Below are positions 57,744 to 64,000 of a stretch of 64,000 bases of DNA, piece after piece; position 1 is the stretch's first letter, and every line of letters starts with the position of its first letter. The notes under the pieces are model-generated. The model saw nothing but the letters and a program-made list of their open reading frames with translations. It did no database searches and had not been told where the DNA came from. The translations under genes were made by a program, and so were the position numbers. The stretch is from Collinsella sp. Lineage in GTDB: Bacteria > Actinomycetota > Coriobacteriia > Coriobacteriales > Coriobacteriaceae. The stretch is from NCBI GenBank assembly GCA_048326155.1, contig DBFEQD010000002.1, positions 13,080-77,079 of the forward strand. The letters are read 5' to 3'.

Positions 57744-59345
57744 ATGGCCGGCCCGAGCGAGGGCGGCGGGATGCTCGAGGTGGTCGGGGCGCAGCGCCGC
57801 GACGTGCTCACCGCGGGCGACGTCGCGGAGACCGAGCGCGACGCCCTGGGAAACGTCTCGGAGGGTGCCGGCCCGCTCGACGAGGCGGGAGGCCCCGCCG
57901 CAACGGCGAAGGGGCGCCCTTCCAGGCCCGACGCGCCGGAAGGCGGGCTCGGGGACAAATTGTCCCAACCAGCCGGCGACCGGCGCGCGGCGGCCGCGAT
58001 GCGCTCGCGCGTCGATGCGGCGAAGCTGGCGATCGCCCGGGAGGCCGTCTCCCAGCTCGACGACTCGGAGGAGCTCGAGGGCGCCTCGGGCATGTACGAC
58101 GCGGGGCGTGCGGCCAAGAAGGCCGAGGGAAGGCTGCGGCAGAGGAAGGCGAAGAAAGCAGCCCAAGGCAGCCGCAAGGCGGCGACCGCGCTCGGCGCCC
58201 CAAAGGGAGGCGCGCGCGGCCCCGAGGCAGCCGGCGCGACCGCCCCGGCCAAGCACCAGGCGGCCCAGGCGGCCGCGCAGGCGTCGGGCGAGGCGGCCCG
58301 AGCCGCGGGGTCGAAGGGCGCCGCCTCCGCGATCGCGGGCGCGGTCTCGGGCGCAGCGCCCGCCCTGCTCGGGGCGGTGGCCGGCATCGTGGCCTTCGTC
58401 GCCTGCGCGCTCGCCGTCGCGCAGCTGCTGAGCGCGCTGTTCGGCTTCTGGGACGACGCGGCCTCCAAGCAGGGCCTCGAGGGGCTGCCGCCCTACATCA
58501 CCTACGAGATGGTCGAGGCGGCGCTCGAGTGCCAGGAGGAGTACGGGCACCCGGCGGGCTGCACCATCGCGCAGATCATCCAGGAGTCCGGCCAGGGCGA
58601 CCGCATGAGCCAGCTCGCAGAGCGCGACCACAACCTCTTCGGCATGAAGTGGTGGTCGGGCTACGCGGGCTGCCCCGAGGTGGCCGGCAAGGCGAACTGG
58701 GCCACCAGCGAGGAGTACGTGCCCGGCGAGCACACCCAGATCACGGCGAGCTTCATCCGCTTCACCGGCGACGCCGAGTGCATCCGCTTCCGCAGCAGGG
58801 TCTTCCTGCAGGCGGAGCGCTACTCGGGCAACGCCCTCATCCGGGAGGCGATCGAGAGGCACGACTCGGACAGGATGGCCGAGGGGCTCAAGGACGCCGG
58901 CTGGGCGACCGACTCGTCCTACGTCGAGTCCTTGAAGTCGATCATGGCGCAATGGGGCCTCTACCGGCTCGACTCCATGACGGTCGAGGACCTGAAGGAC
59001 TCGACCGCGAACGGGAACGCGATCGTCGAGGCGGCGTACAGCCAGCTCGGCGTGCCCTACGTGTGGGGAGGCTCGACCCCCGGCAAGGCGCTCGACTGCA
59101 GCGGGCTCACGCAGTACTGCTACGCGCAGGCGGGCATCCGCATAAGCCACTACACGGGTTCCCAGTACGAGGAGCTCAGGCGCATACCGCTCTCGGAGGC
59201 GAAGCCCGGCGACATCCTCTACCGCTCGGGCCACGTGGCCATCTACATCGGCGACGACAGGTACATACACGAGCCGCGAACGGGCGACGTGTGCCGCATA
59301 GCGAGCGGCATCGGCAGCTTCAGCTGCGCGCTCACCGCGAGATAG
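57744..59345 (+). CDS. Conjugative cell-wall hydrolase (glucosaminidase plus NlpC/P60)
   Basis: AQIIQESG, NLFGMK, GWATD; LGVPYVWGG, DCSGL, GHVAIY. Confidence 0.88.
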   Translation: MAGPSEGGGMLEVVGAQRRDVLTAGDVAETERDALGNVSEGAGPLDEAGGPAATAKGRPSRPDAPEGGLGDKLSQPAGDRRAAAAMRSRVDAAKLAIAREAVSQLDDSEELEGASGMYDAGRAAKKAEGRLRQRKAKKAAQGSRKAATALGAPKGGARGPEAAGATAPAKHQAAQAAAQASGEAARAAGSKGAASAIAGAVSGAAPALLGAVAGIVAFVACALAVAQLLSALFGFWDDAASKQGLEGLPPYITYEMVEAALECQEEYGHPAGCTIAQIIQESGQGDRMSQLAERDHNLFGMKWWSGYAGCPEVAGKANWATSEEYVPGEHTQITASFIRFTGDAECIRFRSRVFLQAERYSGNALIREAIERHDSDRMAEGLKDAGWATDSSYVESLKSIMAQWGLYRLDSMTVEDLKDSTANGNAIVEAAYSQLGVPYVWGGSTPGKALDCSGLTQYCYAQAGIRISHYTGSQYEELRRIPLSEAKPGDILYRSGHVAIYIGDDRYIHEPRTGDVCRIASGIGSFSCALTAR

Positions 59346-59354
59346 GAGAAACCA

Positions 59355-60074
59355 ATGCAGGGAAAGTCAAGGGTCATGGCCGCCGTCGCGGCAGGCGCGC
59401 TCACCGTGGCGCTCGGCGCGGGCGCGGCGCGCTGCGCCATCGCCCCGCAGGAAAGCCCCCAGGAGCTGGCGCCGCCCGCGATGGCCGGCGCCCCTGAAGG
59501 CACTGGCTCGGAGACTGGAAAGGCGACATCGGGCGCCGAGGCGCTCTGGAACACCGCGTGGACGGGCGCCGACGACCCGACCGCCACGCTGCGGATCGTC
59601 GAGGGCGCCATGGTGGAGAGCGCGGGCGGCACCGAGCGCGCCTGGTTCTTCTCGGCCGAGGAGCCCTCCGAGGCCGGCGGCGTGCTCAGCGTGCCCATCG
59701 ACGTCAAGGGAACCGGCGACAAGGCGGGAGGCCTGTCGCTCATCCAGGTCTCGGGCGGCGGGGACGCCCGCACCCTGGCCTGCGACCTCCTGACGCAGGC
59801 CTACGTGCCCCAGAAGGCGCAAGACGGAGCGTTCTCCGTGACCGGCACCGACGACCGCCTCTCCGAGGCGCTGGGCGCGGACGTCGCCGCCATCGAGGAA
59901 GCCGTCGCCGGGAAGGCGGCGAAGGTGTCCCCGCGGGCGACGGGAGCCACCTGGGACAAGGAGGTGTGGCTCGACTACGCCTGGAACGTCGCGTCGACGA
60001 CCTTCACGCTCGACGACCCCGCCTCGACGGTGGTCACCGTGGTCTCGCGCGGCGGCTCGCTGGAGGCGATGTAG
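59355..60074 (+). CDS. Membrane-anchored ICE hypothetical protein
   Basis: AGGAG RBS, N-terminal hydrophobic segment, within the tra operon. Confidence 0.7.
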   Translation: MQGKSRVMAAVAAGALTVALGAGAARCAIAPQESPQELAPPAMAGAPEGTGSETGKATSGAEALWNTAWTGADDPTATLRIVEGAMVESAGGTERAWFFSAEEPSEAGGVLSVPIDVKGTGDKAGGLSLIQVSGGGDARTLACDLLTQAYVPQKAQDGAFSVTGTDDRLSEALGADVAAIEEAVAGKAAKVSPRATGATWDKEVWLDYAWNVASTTFTLDDPASTVVTVVSRGGSLEAM

Positions 60075-60076
60075 CC

Positions 60077-61078
60077 GTGCGGGCGCTTGAATCGCGACGC
60101 CGAAGGGTCTTCGCCGTCTCCGCCGCGACCGCCTTCGCCCTCTGCGCGCTCCTGCTCGTCCCCGCGCAGCCGGCATACGCCGACATAGCCGGGGACGTCA
60201 ACGATTGGCTGTGCGGCCTTCTGCGCGACTGCTGCAACTGGATGTTCAAGGCGCAGACGGGCGTGCTCGGGTCGATCGGCGCGAACGGGATCCTCTCGGC
60301 CGACTTCGCGCACATGCTCACGAGCTCGAGCGACCTGACCATGCACGACGTCGCCCGGGGCGTATGGCAGGTTGCCATCCTGCCGATCGGGTGCGGGGTG
60401 CTCGGCCTGGTCTTCACCCTGAAGCTCATCGAGATATCCCAGCGCATGGACGGCAGCCAGAGCCTTCCCGGCGTCAAGGAGGTCGTGTTCCTCCTCGTGT
60501 TCTTCGCCGTGTTCCTGTTCCTCATACAGAACAGCTTCGACCTGATGGCGTCGATCTACGAGGTCTGCGGGCTCGCCATCGACCGAGTCGAGGCGCTCTT
60601 CGGCGCCGGAGGCGCGCTCGACCTGCCCGAGGTGTCAGTCGTCACCACCGACGACGACATCCCGTCGCTCATCGCCATGCTCGTCGTGAGCCTCATCAGC
60701 TGGGTCGTGGTGCTGGCGGCCTACGTCGTCGCCCTCGTGGTCTGCTGGGCCCGCGCGCTCCAGCTCTACATCATGGCCGCGTTCGCCCCGATCCCGCTGG
60801 CGTTCCTCGGCATGGACGCCACGCGCCAGATAGGCCTTGGCTACCTGAAGAGCTTCGGGGCGGTCTGCATCGCCGGCGTCATCATCCTCGTGCTGCTCAT
60901 ATCGTTCCCGCTCGTGCTCGGCGGGCTCACCGGGGCGAACCCCGGGACGGGCACCCCGGCCGACGCGGTCGCGAACGGGCTCACCTACGCGCTGCAGTAC
61001 CTGGCCATGTGCGTGCTGCTCATCCTGGCCCTCGTGAAGAGCGGCTCCTGGGCGCGCGACATCGTGAGCGGCTTCTAG
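60077..61078 (+). CDS. VirB6/TrbL-like conjugative membrane protein
   Basis: GTG start; multiple TM segments; RALQLYIMAAFAPIPLA...YLKSF. Confidence 0.8.
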   Translation: MRALESRRRRVFAVSAATAFALCALLLVPAQPAYADIAGDVNDWLCGLLRDCCNWMFKAQTGVLGSIGANGILSADFAHMLTSSSDLTMHDVARGVWQVAILPIGCGVLGLVFTLKLIEISQRMDGSQSLPGVKEVVFLLVFFAVFLFLIQNSFDLMASIYEVCGLAIDRVEALFGAGGALDLPEVSVVTTDDDIPSLIAMLVVSLISWVVVLAAYVVALVVCWARALQLYIMAAFAPIPLAFLGMDATRQIGLGYLKSFGAVCIAGVIILVLLISFPLVLGGLTGANPGTGTPADAVANGLTYALQYLAMCVLLILALVKSGSWARDIVSGF

Positions 61079-61187
61079 CGGAAAAGCGAGGAAGGGGGCG
61101 GTCGCCATGAGATAGGGGCGCCGCGCCGGGGCACGCGTCCCGGCGGATGAAGACAAGGACCGATTGAAAACGAAAAGGAGGAAAGAC

Positions 61188-61646
61188 ATGGAAGAGAGGA
61201 AGAACGTGTACCTCTCGCTGCACAAGAGCTTCGTGCGCGAGGGCATCGAGTACACCGACCGCGCGACCGGCGAGGCCAGGACCTTCAACTCGGCGACCCT
61301 TCCCAAGGGCACCGTCGTCGACGGCATGGACGTGGGAGGCTACGAGTTCAGCCCCATGTTCGTTAACGAGAGCCGCTTCAAGGGGGCCGACTTCCGGGAC
61401 ATACCGCTGCTCGCGAACCGCGAGGTGTGGCTGAGGAAGACGGTGATGGGCCCGGACGGCCAGCCCGAGCTCGACGAGGGCGGACGCGCGGTCAAGGACA
61501 CCGTGAAGGTCATGCCGGCGCAGCTCAAGGAGGCCGTTGACGCAGGGCGCTCGCGCTACCTCGCGGAGCGCGCCGAGCACGCCCGCCAGGCGAGCCGCGC
61601 TACCGAGCACGAGGCGCCCCGCGCACAGCGAAGCGTCGAGAGATAG
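61188..61646 (+). CDS. ICE hypothetical protein
   Basis: AGGAGG RBS, GC3-rich codons. Confidence 0.75.
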   Translation: MEERKNVYLSLHKSFVREGIEYTDRATGEARTFNSATLPKGTVVDGMDVGGYEFSPMFVNESRFKGADFRDIPLLANREVWLRKTVMGPDGQPELDEGGRAVKDTVKVMPAQLKEAVDAGRSRYLAERAEHARQASRATEHEAPRAQRSVER

Positions 61647-61658
61647 GGAGGCGGAAAG

Positions 61659-64000
61659 ATGAACGCAGCGAAAGACTGCACCCTGCAGGAAAAGCTCCTC
61701 CGATGCGCCATGGCGCTCATCCTGGCGGCGGGGGCGCTGCTCGCCTCCGTGGCGGCCTCGCCCGCCTACGCCGCGCCGAGCACGGTAGACGTGTCCGTCG
61801 GCGGCAAGATCCCCTACGGCGGCTTCGCCACCACGTGGATGAGCGCCGACGGGAACATCGCCTACTGCGCCGAGCCCTCGTCCCCGACGCCCGCGCCGGG
61901 CTCCTACTCGACGAGCCCCGTGCCGAGCGGCGACGTGACAGCGGCGATCTGGTACTCGTTCGGCTCTCCCGGCTTCGACGCGTCGATGTTCCCGGGCAGC
62001 TGGTACGACGGCGGCGGCTGGGACGACGCGAAGTACGCCGCGGCGAGCCATGTGCTCATCGCCTACGCCTACTCTGGGTCCGAGTCGGCTGCCACGCACG
62101 GCACGAGCGCCGAGTTCGCCTCCTGGGCGAAATCCGAGCTGATCGGCGGGACCTTCGCCAAGATGAAGGCGGGCGCCGGCAGGGTCTCCGCCGGGTTCGA
62201 GGCGTTCTGCGTCAGGACCGGCGGCGGCTCACAGACGCTCGTGAGCTTCAGCTGGTCCACGGGCGGCGTCAAGGTCGCCAAAGAGGACTCCGAGGCGGGC
62301 GCGGAGCCCCAGGGCGACGCCTCGCTCGACGGCGCGAGCTTCTCCGTCGTTAACGAGACCGGCCGGTACGTGCTGGTCGGCGGCAAGTACTACGCCGACG
62401 GAGAGGTCTGCGCCACGATCAAGACCGCGCCCGAGGACGGGTCGCACGTCGCCGCGACCGGCGCCGACGCACTTCCCGCAGGCAATTATCGCATCGTCGA
62501 GTCCGGAGCGCCCGAGGGCTACGACGCCAGCGACGCCTCCGTCGCGTTCACCGTGAAGGCCGGCGAGGTGCGCGACCTCACGGGCGACCCCGTGACCGAC
62601 GAGGTCTTCCGCGGCGGCGTGCAGGTGACCAAGTCCGACAAGGAGCTGCAGGCGTCCGAGGCGCTCGCGGGCAGCGGCCACAAGGAGGCGCCTGGCGAGC
62701 ACCCCGGCCTCGACGGGATCGAGTTCACCGTCACGAACCGCTCGGCGCACAAGGTCCTCGTTGACGGCGAATGGCGCGAGCCGGGCGAAGCCGTGGCCAC
62801 GCTGACCACCGCATGGAACGACGAGGCCGGCGTCTACACCGCGCAGACCGCGGCCGACGCACTGCCGTACGGGACCTACGACGTGCGGGAGACGGCGACG
62901 AACGGGAGCTACCTGCTGACCGACGGCGAGCCCCGCACCTTCGAGGTCCGCACCGGCGGCGAGATCGTGAGCGCCTCCGCGGACGGCGCCGCGCTCGAGT
63001 TCCGCGACCAGGTGGTGCGCAACGACCTCGAGCTCTCCAAGAAGAGCGAGACCGACAACGCCGGCCTCATGGTCCCGTTCGCCATCGAGAACGCGGCCAC
63101 CGGCGAGACGCACGTGCTGGTGACGGACCGCAACGGCGACGCGTCCACCGCGAGCAGCTGGAACAGGCACTCGAGGGACACCAACGCCAACGACGCCCTG
63201 CTCGGCCATGAGGGCCCGATTGCTGCCGCCGACATGGACCCGAAGGCCGGCATCTGGTTCTCGCTCGGCGAGGACGGCTCCTCGGCGCCGGTCGACGACT
63301 CGCTGGCGGCACTGCCGTACGGCGCCTACACCATGACCGAGCTGCGCTGCGAGGCCAACGAGGGCCTCGAGCTCATCACCAGGAGCTTCTGGGTCGAGCG
63401 CGACTCGACGGTGGCCAAGGCCGTGTGGATGGGCCTTGACGACCAGGAGGGCCCGCGCATCTCCACCACGGCAAAGGACGGGGCGGACGGCGACAAGGAC
63501 GTCTCGGCCGACGCCGAGGCCAAGGTCGTCGACGCGGTGGCCTACGAGGGGCTGAAGGCCGGCGAGGAGTACGAGCTCTCGGCAACCCTCGTCGACAAGG
63601 CGACCGGCGAGCCCGTGACCGATGCCTCGGGCAAGCCCGTGGGGGCCAAGGCCGAGTTCGCGCCCGCGCTCTCGACGGGCAGCCAGGACGTAGAGATCTC
63701 CTTCGACGCGAGCCTGCTCGGCGGCCGCGACCTGGTCGTGTTCGAGAGCCTTCGCAAGGACGGCGCCGAGGTGGCGTCGCACGCGGACCTCTCCGACGAG
63801 GGCCAGACCGTCCACGTCGCCGTCGAGGTGGGCACCCAGGCGGCCGACGCCGCCGACGGCGACCAGGTCATCGAGGCCGGCAAGGCAAAGGTCGTCGACA
63901 CGGTGGCCTACAAGGGCCTCGTCCCCGGCGAGACCTACATCGCCGTGGGCACGCTCATGGACAAGGGCACCGGAGAGCCGTTCCTCGACAAGGACGGCAA
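61659..64000 (+). CDS. Surface adhesin with thioester-like domain, SpaA/Cna-B domains and VaFE repeats (runs off the window; not in the ORF track)
   Basis: MNAAKDCTLQEKLLRC...PAYA signal; AYCAEP; YRIVESGAPEGY; YDVRETA; VDAVAYEGL...LVVFESL...HADLSDEGQTV. Confidence 0.85.
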   Translation, partial: MNAAKDCTLQEKLLRCAMALILAAGALLASVAASPAYAAPSTVDVSVGGKIPYGGFATTWMSADGNIAYCAEPSSPTPAPGSYSTSPVPSGDVTAAIWYSFGSPGFDASMFPGSWYDGGGWDDAKYAAASHVLIAYAYSGSESAATHGTSAEFASWAKSELIGGTFAKMKAGAGRVSAGFEAFCVRTGGGSQTLVSFSWSTGGVKVAKEDSEAGAEPQGDASLDGASFSVVNETGRYVLVGGKYYADGEVCATIKTAPEDGSHVAATGADALPAGNYRIVESGAPEGYDASDASVAFTVKAGEVRDLTGDPVTDEVFRGGVQVTKSDKELQASEALAGSGHKEAPGEHPGLDGIEFTVTNRSAHKVLVDGEWREPGEAVATLTTAWNDEAGVYTAQTAADALPYGTYDVRETATNGSYLLTDGEPRTFEVRTGGEIVSASADGAALEFRDQVVRNDLELSKKSETDNAGLMVPFAIENAATGETHVLVTDRNGDASTASSWNRHSRDTNANDALLGHEGPIAAADMDPKAGIWFSLGEDGSSAPVDDSLAALPYGAYTMTELRCEANEGLELITRSFWVERDSTVAKAVWMGLDDQEGPRISTTAKDGADGDKDVSADAEAKVVDAVAYEGLKAGEEYELSATLVDKATGEPVTDASGKPVGAKAEFAPALSTGSQDVEISFDASLLGGRDLVVFESLRKDGAEVASHADLSDEGQTVHVAVEVGTQAADAADGDQVIEAGKAKVVDTVAYKGLVPGETYIAVGTLMDKGTGEPFLDKDG

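Larger units (their letters stand above)
49531..64000 (+). mobile_element. Integrative conjugative element backbone (replication and type IV secretion module); extends beyond the window, left boundary undefined
   Basis: Co-oriented xis-like, initiator, DnaC, VirD4, PrgI, VirB4, NlpC/P60, VirB6 and adhesin genes; visibly higher GC than 1-26 kb. Confidence 0.9.

Overview
GC-rich window, most consistent with a Coriobacteriia (Collinsella-like gut actinobacterium) chromosome; this is inferred from gene content and codon style. 1-26 kb is mostly housekeeping and accessory genes: a solute-binding protein coupled to a membrane sensor, MalY/PatB, TrmO, glutaredoxin, Dus, a MacB-type ABC transporter, a CD1871A/4Fe-4S/TlpA operon with a two-component system, a LuxR regulator with a 1,455-aa Tat/sortase surface protein, a divergent Topo-IV-like type IIA topoisomerase pair and an AAA ATPase. 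26-40 kb is a MerR/LysR-controlled flavodoxin, aldo-keto reductase and hydrolase cluster. 40-48 kb holds pseudogenes, a type III toxin-antitoxin-like locus, an orphan lantibiotic-immunity cassette and an AbiF/Abi_2 HEPN gene. 48-64 kb is part of a conjugative element (yjdF riboswitch and gene, Xis-like genes, iteron-bearing initiator, DnaC, VirD4, PrgI, VirB4, cell-wall hydrolase, VirB6, thioester/VaFE adhesin); no integrase or relaxase is in the window. The most notable unannotated signals are: two tandem, covarying ~60-nt RNAs, each with its own promoter, directly behind the HEPN Abi gene; a single-pseudoknot antitoxin-like RNA ahead of the type III toxin; a C-terminal motif shared by three unrelated ICE proteins; and a palindromic site repeated inside tra genes.
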